Of a stretch of 64,000 nt of DNA, positions 1 through 11,495 are shown one piece after another. The DNA lies in NCBI GenBank assembly GCA_026026165.1, contig JAPEUD010000025.1, forward strand, positions 1-64,000. The letters run 5' to 3'. Under the pieces are notes generated by a model. The model made no database searches. It had not been told where the DNA came from and was given only the letters and a program-made list of their open reading frames with translations. Both the position numbers and the translations under genes were made by a program. The first letter of the stretch is position 1. Every line of letters begins with the position of its first letter. The stretch is from Sarea resinae (lineage: Eukaryota).

Positions 1-36
<36 letters not shown>
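1..36 (+). repeat. Poly-G homopolymer (poly-C on the sense strand) in RPL38 intron 2
   Basis: 36 consecutive G at the window start. Confidence 0.9.
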
Positions 37-39
<3 letters not shown>

Positions 40-63
40 GAATGGGGACGGGAGCATCCATAC

Positions 64-570
64 CCGGCGGCAAGCTCTGCTTCAGCTTCTCGGCCTTGTC
101 GGCATCGCGCAGCACGAGGGTGTAGAGGTACCGTTGGCAGCGGACCTTGAACTTGATCTGCGAGGACTTGCGGTTGCGCTTGATGCGGGCGGCTGGTGCA
201 ATCATCGTCAAGTCAGCATGGCATTCACAACTTCTTCGGGTTTCCAATTCCGACATGGTTTTCGTTCTGGTCCCCGTGCCCCGCATGCAGTGTGTCGGTG
301 CCGTTGCTGCCTGCTTGGTGCACGATCCGCTGCTGGTACAGAGAATAGCGGAGCGCTCGCAGCGGGGGCACCGTAGCAACCGCTGTGACGGGGAAAGACA
401 GAAGAGCTTCACGTGGCAATTGGAGGTGTAGGGACGCAGCAGCACGGACAAGGCACAGCGGGAACAAGGCCTCATGGAGGAGGGCGGAAGAAAAGAGAAG
501 ACATACACGAAGCGTCCTTGCGCCGGCAGATCTCGATGAACTGCTTGATATCTGAGACTTCGGAAGGCAT
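64..570 (-). CDS. RPL38: 60S ribosomal protein L38 (eL38), partial; exons 570-507 and 192-64, last exon lies beyond the window start
   Basis: Hand-spliced translation [64 protein letters not shown] matches the eL38 signature; GTATGT donor, GCTGAC branch, CAG acceptor; second donor GTATGG at 63. Confidence 0.96.
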
Positions 571-696
571 GGTGGGCGGAGTCGTTGGGGTTTCCGAAGG
601 AATTGAGATTCGTCTTTCGTTGTCGTTCGGCGTCGTCGTCGTCGTCGTCGTCGTCGCGCGGATCGCTGATTGCTGATTTCCTCGATTTGTGCGCGC

Positions 697-722
697 CTAG
701 GGTTTGGTGGGCCGGAAACCCC
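697..722. promoter_or_regulatory. Candidate ribosomal-protein promoter element (TAGGGTTT...AAACCC inverted repeat)
   Basis: ctagggtttggtgggccggaaacccc lies ~130 bp upstream of the RPL38 ATG; resembles telobox/Tbf1-type sites. Function is inferred only. Confidence 0.3.
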
Positions 723-1057
723 GTGCGGATTAGTCAGCGGTGAGGTGTCGAGTACTCGACTGCGTGGCTGTGCTGTTCTCGTACGTACAGTAGTAGTGGC
801 GGGCCGAGGCCATACGTAAGGTGGCTGTAGCTGCAGTCCCCCCGACTCCGGATCGGTCTACTGCTATGGCATCCAGCCCATCCATGCACAGACATCGGCC
901 AGCCTTGAGAAGATAACAACAACACCTCTTCTCCTCCATAAAGTTGTCAAAGAGAACACCTGCTTTGATTCCTCTCTCGTACTGCCTACTACCCTCCCCT
1001 ACCTCCCCTACACCGCAGGAGATCAGTAGTAGATAGCATACACAACCAGCAACAAAC

Positions 1058-2194
1058 ATGCCGACGCCACTCGATCGAGCTTTGCAATCCAAGGCACGTG
1101 AATCTCTTGATTTTTGGAGGTAATATGGTGACAGACATGCTGACTGCAGTCGAACAACAGAGTGCTTTTTTTGGTAAGTCTTGGCACCTCGAACCTCGTG
1201 GTCGTCCCCTACCCCTTATTTCCTCTCCCCGGGCGACTAGAGAGAAAGGAAAGAAGAGGAAAGAGCAGACCGGACCGCAATTGCAAGACCATGCAGCTGG
1301 ACTAAGGAGTCAATAACTAACCTATGGGCCTGCAGCCTTCACAGGCATCGTCACCGCCGTCGCGGCGTGGACTATCTGGGGCGGCGATGTTTTTCCACAG
1401 AAAGATCCGAGTGGTGGTACGTCAAAATATTTATATCCTCTCCTTTTTCATCTGCGTGTACGCTCCCTGTTGCTGCTCTGATGTGTCCCTCTCGTATACT
1501 TTCATGTTACCTCTCCCGGGCTTTGTATTGCATTACTTTCTGTCATATCTCTCTCGGACCACGCAACCCAATCCAGTACTTTGTCCTTCTCCTGGCAAGT
1601 ACCACATTTACGCCTTGGCAACCTTGTTCTTGTGGTACCGCAAAAAAAACTCACCAGTTGACTGAAGATGGGGAAGGGAAGAAAATCCATGCTGACCGAA
1701 ATTACATAGATCCCGCAGACTGGACGACGGACCAGCTCCGCGGCTGGCTTGAATCGGTTAGAGATTTCTTCGCCTCGCTGCTGCCTTGACGCACTCTCCA
1801 CTTAGAATTCTCTACCTAGCCACTCGTTTGCTCTTTATCTCGATTCCACCCTCCAACCCGTCAAATCTGCCCTCTGTCTTCCGCCATCCGCTCTAGTATC
1901 CCAGCGCCTCCATCACCCCTCGCACTCGCCTCTTCCCTCCTCCCCCTTGCCCAACCAATCCCCAATAATCCCTCTCCCCCACCCCCCTTCCTCTCACCCT
2001 CCCATCACACAAACCCCCGAACCAAAACCCCCAAAACCCCAGAGAAGTCAAAACCCCCCGAAAGCAACAAAAACTGATTCTCGCGACCGGGTACAACAAT
2101 AAAGCGAGGTCTCCACCCCGGCACCTTCGCGTCCCGCGACCAGCTCGTGGAGAGAGTAAAGGCGAACATGCGACCGCCTCCCAGAGGGGTGTGA
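1058..2194 (+). CDS. Conserved fungal 88-aa single-TM microprotein (MPTPLDRAL family); exons 1058-1093, 1161-1173, 1336-1416, 1710-1756, 2105-2194
   Basis: Spliced product MPTPLDRALQSKSAFFAFTGIVTAVAAWTIWGGDVFPQKDPSGDPADWTTDQLRGWLESRGLHPGTFASRDQLVERVKANMRPPPRGV; all exon phases agree (267 nt); hydrophobic segment followed by a WTxxxLxxWLxxRG helix-extension-helix-like motif. Confidence 0.8.
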
Positions 2195-2439
2195 ATGAAG
2201 TCGTATCAGAGACACGGGGGTGTGGTGGGGGATGAGAGGGATTTAGGTGGTGGTGGTGGTGGGTCGGGGCTTGGAAGAGGCAGAGGGAAAGGACTTTACG
2301 GGAAGGCATGAAGTCATGGAAGAGGCCGAAGAGGCCGAAGAGCAGAAGTGGCAGCATAGGGCGGGCAAGGAAAGCCGTCCATCATGCAAACCCAGCCAAC
2401 CCAACCCAATTTGACCCGAAACCCCACGAACAAGCCACA

Positions 2440-2652
2440 GAAGAAAGAGAAAGAAAGCAAGAAAAAACAAACGAAGAGAGAACGAAGAAAGAAAGAAGAA
2501 AGAAAAAAGGAAGGAAGGAGAAATCAGACATCACATCCCCGATTCCCCCCTTCCCTCGCCTCCCTCGCCTTCCTCGCCTCCCTACCCTCTCTACCCTCTC
2601 TACCCTCTCTACCCCTATCCCCTATCTACATCTAGCTCAAACCTACATACCT

Positions 2653-2688
<36 letters not shown>

Positions 2689-2725
2689 ATGCATCGACAG
2701 GCAGGCAGGCAGATAAATAAATGAA
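2440..2725. repeat. Microsatellite/low-complexity island (GAAA-rich, CTACCCTCT repeats, (AC)n, GCAG repeats)
   Basis: Directly visible tandem repeats; (ATCC)n also at ~3157-3184. Confidence 0.85.
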
Positions 2726-3683
2726 AAGAGGTAAACCAGCCAAGACAATAGCAATCCACGCGCCACAAATCCCCCGCCGCCTTATCGTGGGCCTTATCGT
2801 ATCTTATCTTATACAGTGGTATATACAGTAGCGGTGGCGATATGCGCGTCGAGTTAAAGAGAGTGGAGATCCGAACTTTTGATATGGAAGCATTTTTTTT
2901 GGGATTCCTTTGTTCGTGGACGGGGTGAGGGTTTTGGATGTCTGTTTGCTGTTTCCGGACGTGATGGACAGATGGGCAGGTGGACGATTGGACAATTGGA
3001 CAGGTGGGCAGACGGGCTAGCCAGGGTTGTCAGGGTCGCTGTATAGCTAGTAAGTGAGTTCGATTGAGATCAAGGAGGTGGGGTGCGTCAAGTCAAATTG
3101 ATGTATTTATTTTAACTTCCTTCCAGCTATCCATCCATTTATTACTCCGTTACTCTATCCATCCATCCATCCATCCATCCATCCCCCAAGTCCATCAACT
3201 CCATAAACCATTTCATCCACAGACTCGTCAAATACCGCCTGAAGTATGTATGACAACGATTGGCAAGATTCATCCTTCCTGCCTGAACAAGAAAGAGTAT
3301 TTGCATTCGGACCTGCGGCGGCCGAGAAGCAGACTGAAGTCAGGAGCAGAAGGAAATTCCGTAGGGAAAAGACGTAGAGGTGCGTGCGAAGGATGGGACG
3401 TATTCGGCTGATGAGATTGAACGGTCAGTTGACCAATGAACCAACCAACCGAGAATGGAAGAGCGAGAAGGGGGGCGGGGAGAGCGTGAGTGAGAATGCG
3501 TGTAAGAGAGACAGCATCGTGGCAGGCAGAGTGGATTCCGAAGCCCCTGAGAGAATTAGGCGGGCAAGACCAGGTGGCCGTCTGCGCACAACATACCACA
3601 GCGCCGAGAAAGCCAGTCCCGTCCAGGTAGTGTCTTGTCTCCTCGGGACATCCCAACCCATCCAATCTATAGCTTGCAGGGCC

Positions 3684-4355
3684 CTAGTCTCTGCGATCCT
3701 GCCACCACAAGCCAGGAGGGTTCTTGTACTTGGAGCGAACGCGCTGAGGGGGATTGGTCGGCGGCAACGCGTGCTCGTAGCCAGAAACGTAGCCGTCGTC
3801 CGAGGCATCGTCGCCGGCGGTGGTGTCTTCGTCCTTGATGATGGCTTTGCCCTTTCCCTTTATGTCATTGGCCCCACTGGATTCTCCGCGCTCCATGACC
3901 CCTGAGAACAAGTAGCGAGCTACTTTGCTGCGGGGCGGGAACTTGTCGTCCTCTTCCGTGGTGTAAATGGCTGTGCTCTTGCGCTTAAGGGGAGACGCCA
4001 TGGAGGGCATGGGCCTGGTGGTCGAGTGCATGAGGACGGGGGAGATGCGTGCTGGAGGCAAGGTTGAGCTGGTGGCCTTGGTGTCGGGACCGGTGCCTGG
4101 GCGGGAGAAACGGGGCCGGTGCGCGAGGGTGATCGAGTCTGTCATCTCTTCGTCTGAAGAGGGCTTGTCCGAGGTAATTGCCGGCGTGGCTGCTTCGGTA
4201 TCTGAGAGCGGGGTCTCAGGAGCCTTTGCAGATAGGCTCAGGTTGTCAAGCTGTTCCCTCACGTCGGGTACCGAAGGACGAAGTCTTGGGGCTCGTGGGA
4301 GGCCATTTTCAGCGGGAGAAGAGGCTTGGGAGTCGCTCTTATCTTGCGAAGACAT
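3684..4355 (-). CDS. Hypothetical intrinsically disordered Ser/Pro/Asp-rich protein (~223 aa from MSSQDKS)
   Basis: Long open frame (293 codons in the ORF track), ATG at 4355, basic PLKRK patch; no recognisable domain. Confidence 0.4.
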   Translation of the reverse strand: MSSQDKSDSQASSPAENGLPRAPRLRPSVPDVREQLDNLSLSAKAPETPLSDTEAATPAITSDKPSSDEEMTDSITLAHRPRFSRPGTGPDTKATSSTLPPARISPVLMHSTTRPMPSMASPLKRKSTAIYTTEEDDKFPPRSKVARYLFSGVMERGESSGANDIKGKGKAIIKDEDTTAGDDASDDGYVSGYEHALPPTNPPQRVRSKYKNPPGLWWQDRRD

Positions 4356-5560
4356 CGTAAAGATCACGAGGGTTGACTGGTATGATAGGTCTAGCTTGGG
4401 GGGTCGTCTTTGAAGGTGAGGTTGATCCTTGATGGGCTGTTGATTTTGACCTCTGAAGAGATCTGACGGCGAGCTGAACTCTAGACTTGAAGGCGTATGG
4501 GGATTAGGCTTGCAGCTCTCGAGAACTGGATAGGCCACAACAGGATTGGTAGCTAAAGGTTCCACCGTCGAGAAGGATGGCTTGCGAAGATGGAGCAGGG
4601 AGAGTTGGTTCGATACAAGCTCCTGAACCGAGTCGTGGATCTTCAGAGAAGTTTGAAGTGAGGTTGACGAGAAGAGAGTTGAAAAGCCGGAGGATATCTT
4701 CTGGTAGCATTGGGTGCACTCGTGAATACAACTTCATTCCGGCGGCTGGAAGGCCTTGACGACTAAGCGCCGAGAGCAGACGAAAAGATTCATATGTGTG
4801 TTAGAGACAGTAAAGGGGTGAACGTTATTGTCTCAATGTATATATACGACGACTGTTCGTATAAGAACTGGCACACTGTAGTCAAATGACTACAGAAGGC
4901 ACAACCATTTCCAAAGCTGGATTGACACGACTGTCTTCGCGAATTAGGTCGAGTCAAGACCAGATTGGAGCCATGAAGTTCCCATGACGACTTGAAATAC
5001 ACCAGATAAAATATGACTGGCACGAAGATATCCATGTCATAACAGTGCTTGCCGATTGAGTCTCCCTTTTGCTATCCCTGAATGCCTTTGAGCTACTAAA
5101 AGCATATCATTTCTAGCACAAGCTGCTGCTCGATTCCTCCTAGTGAAATAAATAGCTTGCAGAGCTTTGCACTAGATACTCCTGAATGTGGCCATTGGAT
5201 ATGTTGGAAATAGATGGCTTGTTCTGCGCAGGGACCTCGGAATCCGGAATTCAAGGGCCCTGTGAGAAGAGCCGCTGAATCGCTTTAAAGGAGTAATTCG
5301 ACACCTCGGGAACGACTCACCGCCCCATTTAGAAGGCTCTAGAGGAACAACAATAGGACGGCATATGCGCGTTTTCGGACCTGATACCCGCAAACACCCT
5401 GCTTACGGCCTCCAGCAGCATAGATATTGCGGGTCAATCCTCGGGATCTGCATAGGCAATGTATTCGCTTTCTTGACAGGTGCTTCAAGCGAGTTATATC
5501 TCACCCGAAGCACAACCCATCGCCTCTGCACGACCGAATTTGTGATGCATGTGCGAGTGC

Positions 5561-6121
5561 TCATACAACAAATCTAGAAGTCTGGCTCTGGATTAACCAT
5601 TTTGAACGCGGCGCCCGCCCTTTCTCTGCTGTCTTATCGGGGTTCGGGACCAGTACAATCGAGTCGCTGAAGCCCCTCATCGGTCCTTCTCTTGGCTCGC
5701 CGATTCGAACATAGCCGCTGACAACAAGTAGGATTGTCATATTCTTCCCAGAACCGCCTGTGTTCGCATCTGGGCCTCCTGCGAGCAGGTTCGGGTTGAG
5801 AACTTGGCAGTCAAAAGACTGCACTTCGTAGTGCGTGGGTGGCATTTCCTTCACAAACATGTTCTGGAATGTCGCTGGGTCGGGAATTACGTTGCCGTTG
5901 AAGACGATCGCTGGGAGAGGCTTGCCATCGGGCATGGCTGATGGGGGGATGTAGTAAGACGAAAGGGTTTCTCGATTCGACTTCAGAGCTGGATAATATG
6001 ATTCCGTGAACCGCTCAGCAGCTAAGACAGGCATGAGCCTCTGAATCCGTCACGGGCAAGTCATTTGCTACATACCTTCTGTCGAGACCTTTGTAGCGAC
6101 ATCTGCGCTCGGTGAGGCCAT
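5561..6121 (-). CDS. NXT1: NTF2-like nuclear export factor (NXT1/p15 family); exons 6121-6076, 6021-5561
   Basis: MASPSADVATKVSTE/AAERFTESYYPAL...IVFNGN...MPPTHYEVQSFDCQVL...LLVVSGYVRIG...GFSDSIVLVPN...WLIQSQTSRFVV fits the NTF2/NXT1 fold. Confidence 0.85.
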
Positions 6122-6474
6122 GTTGAGGAGGACGTGTAAGGTATTGAGGAATCGTGGCTCTGAGTTTGAACACTCGAAGACACCACCTGGCCGGTAATAA
6201 AGAGGCTGGAAATGGATTCCAGAGTGTGATGGAATAAAGTGTTAGCATTAGTTTGAACATGAACATGAAGATCGAGTTGGTGGGGGAGAACACTGGGCCC
6301 CGGCAGGTAAGAGAAGCCGGAGAAACATATCTCCTTGCTCCGACCGCATCATCCCCGGGCCCTGAGGGTCATGCAGGTCGCCGAGCTCTAAACCGAAATC
6401 GATCTTTATATCCTCAAGCCTTCAAATCTTCACATTCTCACGTTTGCGACATCGGCAACTACACAATTATTGCA

Positions 6475-8612
6475 ATGGAGTCAGCGCTGCTGGCAGCTCT
6501 CTCCCGTGTGCCATTGCGCCCTCTACACCGGCTCCCTCGAGCTTCTCATTGGGTTTGCCCATCATGCTACCATAAAGCACCTCTGCGAAGACGGTACGCT
6601 TCCACAACAGCTGCCCCAAACTCTTCGAATCAGAAGCCTTACTATATCACAACGCCCATTTTCTACGTCAATGCCGGTGCGTACCATATTCAGCGGTACA
6701 CTAAGAAGTGCAGAGATACTAATAGCAACAACCAGCCCCTCATGTCGGTCATCTGTATACCATGGTCCTCGCGGATACTCTGAAGCGATGGCAACTTCTT
6801 CAGGGAAGGGAAGCAATATTGTGTACTGGAACAGACGAGCATGGTATGAAGGTAATGATCGTGGCGCCTGATTCGGATAAATCGTCCCTGACGGCTTTTG
6901 GTATAGATCCAGCAGGCAGCTGCCAGAGCAGGGATCGAACCAAAGCCATTTTGCGACAAAGGCGCTGAAATCTTCAAGGTATGACTGCGCCTGGCAAGAT
7001 ACTGGTCCGTGGTGCTAAGACATGAGTAGTCACTGGCGCAAAAGGCTGGGATTGCCAATGACCACTTCGTACGAACGACAGATCCGGATCATGCAGACGC
7101 TGTCCAATATGCTTGGGTACTTGCGCGGAGATGACTCGAGTGCACCGAACGGTATAAACTAATGGGCGTGGCAGATTCTCCTCAAAGAACGAGGATATAT
7201 ATATGCGTCAAAACACGAGGGATGGTATGCGGTCAGCGACGAGACGTTTTACCCTCCATCAGCAGTCCACCTTGTCCAAGATCCTTCAACAGGTCGGAAG
7301 TTGATGGTAAGGATACTTTTTCCGACTCATGGAATCAAAGCTCACAATATAGGCGTCTATAGAAACAGGCAAAGAAGTCGAGTGGACTTCAGAGTCAAAT
7401 TACCACTTTCGTCTCTCGGCATTCAAGAATCGGTTATTAGAATATTATAAGACAAATCCTGATTTCGTCGTCCCTGCTAGCAGGATGGACGATGTCGTAG
7501 AAGCTGTCTCGGCGGGATTGGAAGACCTTTCCGTCTCGAGGCCAGTTGACAGACTTACTTGGGGCATAAGGGTCCCTGATGATGATACTCAAACCATCTA
7601 CGTCTGGCTCGATGCGCTGATCAATTATATCACAAAATCTGGCTATCCATGGACACCAGGTCAAGAACAAGCCGGTGGCTGGCCTGCCGACTGCCAGGTC
7701 ATTGGAAAGGATATTGTTCGGTAAATCAAAGCCAACCAAACTCATCTGCCCAAAGGGTCGAGCTAACCAGGCTTCAGGTTTCACTGTATCTATTGGCCAG
7801 CTTTCCTACTAGCTTTGGATATCCCACCACCACAAAAAGTGCTGACACACGCACACTGGACTCTCGGTCGCCAGAAAATGGCCAAGTCTACCGGAAATGT
7901 CGTCAACCCCTTTTTCGCGCTCGACCGCTTCGGCGTCGACGCAATGCGATACTACTTGGCGTATGACGGTGGCATCAGCAACGATGCGGACTACAGCAAT
8001 GAATATATCATCGAGAGATATAAGAAGGGGCTTCAAGGTGGGCTTGGAAACCTGACTAGCAGGATTCTAAGAGGCAAGAAATGGAACATGCGGCAAGCTG
8101 TCGAGAGGGCCAATGCGGGAGGCCTCAGGATAGACGATGATATGGCCCGTCAGCATTGTGAAAGGATCCAAGCCCTGCCGGAAACCGTCAAGCGGAGATT
8201 CGATGCTCTCGATGTCAGCGGCGGATTGAAAAGTATCATGGACGTGATTTTCGAAGTTCGTCCGAACCCAACCAGAAATGATAGCCGATGAACTGATTGC
8301 TTTTAGACAAACAAATACTTCCAATCTGCGGCGCCGTGGAAGCTCGTCAAGAGCGAATCCGATCTTGACCGCGCAACGATCGACACTTCCATCTACCTCT
8401 GCACCGAAGCCATCCGTGTTTGTGGCATCTTACTCCAACCATATATCCCCAACAAAGCAGGCCGGCTGCTCGACATGCTAGGAGTTGAGCAGGATGCGCG
8501 GTCATTTGCATCTGCCCAATTCGGGGCGGATGCGGGGTATGGGGTGAGTCGAATTGCGCTAGGGAAGGGGATCGAGGGGGTGCTGTTCCCACCACTCCTG
8601 AGCGATTTGTAG
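6475..8612 (+). CDS. MSM1: Mitochondrial methionyl-tRNA synthetase, 7 introns
   Basis: Arg-rich presequence; [20 protein letters not shown] (HIGH motif), TGTDEHGMK, IYVWLDALINY, IGKDIVRFH, KMAKS; ends VLFPPLLSDL. Confidence 0.95.
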
Positions 8613-9293
8613 TCGTCGGCTGAACCTCTCGAATCTCGATGCTCCATGTACACTATTCTTGTAGACCTTGGTCCCATTCAGACCTAGATTGTATCTCACG
8701 ACCGTCTGAGCTCCAGAGTGTGCCTGTCAATGTCCTTGTCCCTGACATATGGCCGGTACAGTAGAGAGTAGAGTTGACTCGGCTCGCTAACCGAAGCCGG
8801 AGGCATTGGCTGCAGGCGCCAGCACCAGCACCCGCACCAGCACCCGCCACGAGTGTGCAAGGAACGAGGTGCGAACGAGGGGAGAGATGAGGAGCGAGAT
8901 GGGGAGCGAGATGAGCGATGGGCAGACGCGAGTCTAAAGCAAGCCTAAAGGCCAGTAAGCAATTCCCATTGTTAGCCACGACACGGACCTCGCGATCCCT
9001 GATGGTGCAAGCCTGCATGCAAGCGCCTGCAAGTGCCTGCAAGTGCGCCAACAATAATTCATGATCGTCTCCAGTTCCCAACCCGCAATGCTTGGAGTCA
9101 GTATTTGTATTCGTACATTTGCAATCTCCATTCCACCTCTTCTGTTCCACAGACGACCACGCTCCTTATCTTTCATTTGATTCCTGTTCTGGTCCGAACA
9201 AGCACCATCTCCACTCTACATGTATCTCTCCACTCATCAATAACGATAATCGCCATCTCTTCCATACTCGTACTCCATCCTGTGCTGCCTACG

Positions 9294-10977
9294 ATGACGA
9301 CCCCGAACCCCATGCTCAATGGCAATGGCAATGGCAATGGCAGCAGCAATGGGGACGCAACAAGTTTCACGATCAATGGTAACACCAATGGTAACACCAA
9401 TGGTACGATGAAGATCAACGGCACCATCTCGTCCACTCAAAGCAATGGTGTGCCCGCACCCGTGGCCAAATTGGAACAAGAGCTCGAGGAGACGCGTCTG
9501 AGCGATGCCGACTCGGATACTATCTCCAACGGCAGCGGTAAACAGCCCAGGCCTCGCACGGTCAGAAGGTCTTCGTCACCATTGATGCCGGCTTTCATGG
9601 TCTCGGCGCCGGGAAAGGTCATCGTCTACGGGGAGCATGCTGTGGTGTATGGCAAGGTCTGCAGATATCCTTCTTGATCTCACTGTCAAAGGCTGACGAG
9701 CATGTGCGTAGGCCGCAATCGCAGCTGCCATCTCTCTGCGCAGCTATCTGCTGGTAACGGCATTGTCCAAGTCTCAGCGGACCATTACGCTACGCTTTCC
9801 TGACATATCGCTCGACCATACCTGGGACATCGATGCTCTACCGTGGTCGGTCTTTGCAGATCCCAAAAAGAAGAAATTCTACTATGATCTGGTCACCTCA
9901 CTCGACGATGACCTCGTCCGTGCGATGGAACCACACATCGCAGCCGTTGGTGCAGATGCCCCGATAGAGCTCAGGAAAATACACCAAAACGCCGCCTCGT
10001 CATTTCTTTACCTTTTCTTGTCACTGGGATCACAAAGCTCGCCTGGTACTATATATACACTGAGATCAACGATTCCCATAGCAGCTGGATTGGGAAGCAG
10101 TGCAAGTATCTCGGTCTGTTTAAGCACGGCTCTTCTCCTACAGATGCGCGCACTCGCCGGTCCTCATCCTGATCAACCTTGGGAGGAGTCAGAGTTGCAG
10201 ATTGAGCGGATCAACAGATGGGCCTTTGTCGGCGAAATGTGCATCCACGGCAACCCGAGCGGTGTGGACAATACGGTAGCGTCTGGGGGCAAGGCCGTCC
10301 TGTTCAAACGAGAAGACTACGGGAAGCCGCCCACGGTGACCCCGCTCAGGACATTTCCCGAACTTCCATTACTTCTGGTCAACACCCGGCAGTCACGCTC
10401 GACCGCAACCGAAGTGGCCAAAGTTGGAGCTCTCAAGAAGGCGCATCCTTTTGTCATAGACATGTTACTTGATAACATCGATAAGGTGTCAGAGTCCGCT
10501 AATAAGCTGATTTCTGACCCCAATTTCGATCGTGACGATGTAGCTAATCTCAAGCATCTTGGGGAACTCATCGTCATCAACCACGGATTACTCGTTTCGC
10601 TTGGAGTGTCGCATCCGAAGCTTGAGCGAATTCGAGAGCTGGTTGATCATGCCGGCATTGGCTGGACTAAGTTGACTGGCGCGGGCGGCGGCGGATGCGC
10701 TATCACTCTGTTGAGACCCGAGGCGGACGTGGCGACAATCAAGGACCTGGAGGCCAAGCTAGACACAGAAGGATTTGAAAAGTACGAGACCACATTGGCA
10801 GGTGATGGTGTTGGGGTCTTATGGCCTGCCGTGCTACAAAATGGCAGCGACGAAGAAGGGGGTGAGGAGATAGATCAGGAGAAATTCCTGAACGCCGTTG
10901 GGACTGAAGGCATCGAGAAGCTCGTGGGAGTTGGGGTACGCGAAAAGCGGGATGCGTGGAAGTTCTGGAGGCCGTAA
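9294..10977 (+). CDS. ERG12: Mevalonate kinase; intron 9657-9711
   Basis: GHMP motifs SAPGKVIVYGEHAVVYG, PIAAGLGSSA, HGNPSGVDN, KLTGAGGGGC. Confidence 0.96.
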
Positions 10978-11495
10978 GATCGTCGGCAATAGCTAGTACA
11001 GGGGAGTTTGTATGTGTGGTCACATGGGAGCTCAAGGAAGGAGTTATGTTTGGAACTTTCTCGAGGTCAATAGATAGAGATATCGACGATATATCGTAAA
11101 TCTGGATGCCAGTAATGTAGAGGTCGTGAAAATCGCAAGGTTCAATCGTACTGATTTCAGCGTCGATCTACCATGTGTATCTCCAGATTCAGAGGCATCA
11201 TGACAGGTCTTAATCATAGGTAGCAGCCAGTTGGAGATCCTCTTTGGAGCGTCTTCGTCTCTAGGCGTTGAGAATTAATTGAATGTTGTCGTATTGTCTT
11301 CATTCATTGTTCCCGTCACGAGTGTTATTATTGTTCTTGTGCTCGAGTCGTCAACCTCGCTTTGCTTTCCGCTGGGCAAGCTTCCCATCACCATATGCCC
11401 CACCGCAAAGATCTGTCCCTCAACTTCCTCAACGCTCTGCCGTCTGCCACTGTCCTTCGTCCGAGCTTTAGATCTTCTTGTCGGGAATTCTAAGA

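Noticed and set aside
1..36. Poly-G as G-quadruplex element
   Set aside because: Lies at the window edge and its length may be a sequencing or assembly artefact; context is unavailable.
2243..2724. Lys/Arg-rich and hydrophobic ORFs
   Set aside because: Translations of microsatellite/low-complexity DNA.
7875..7890. KMAKS instead of KMSKS in MetRS
   Set aside because: Conservative variant within the normal range for class I synthetases.
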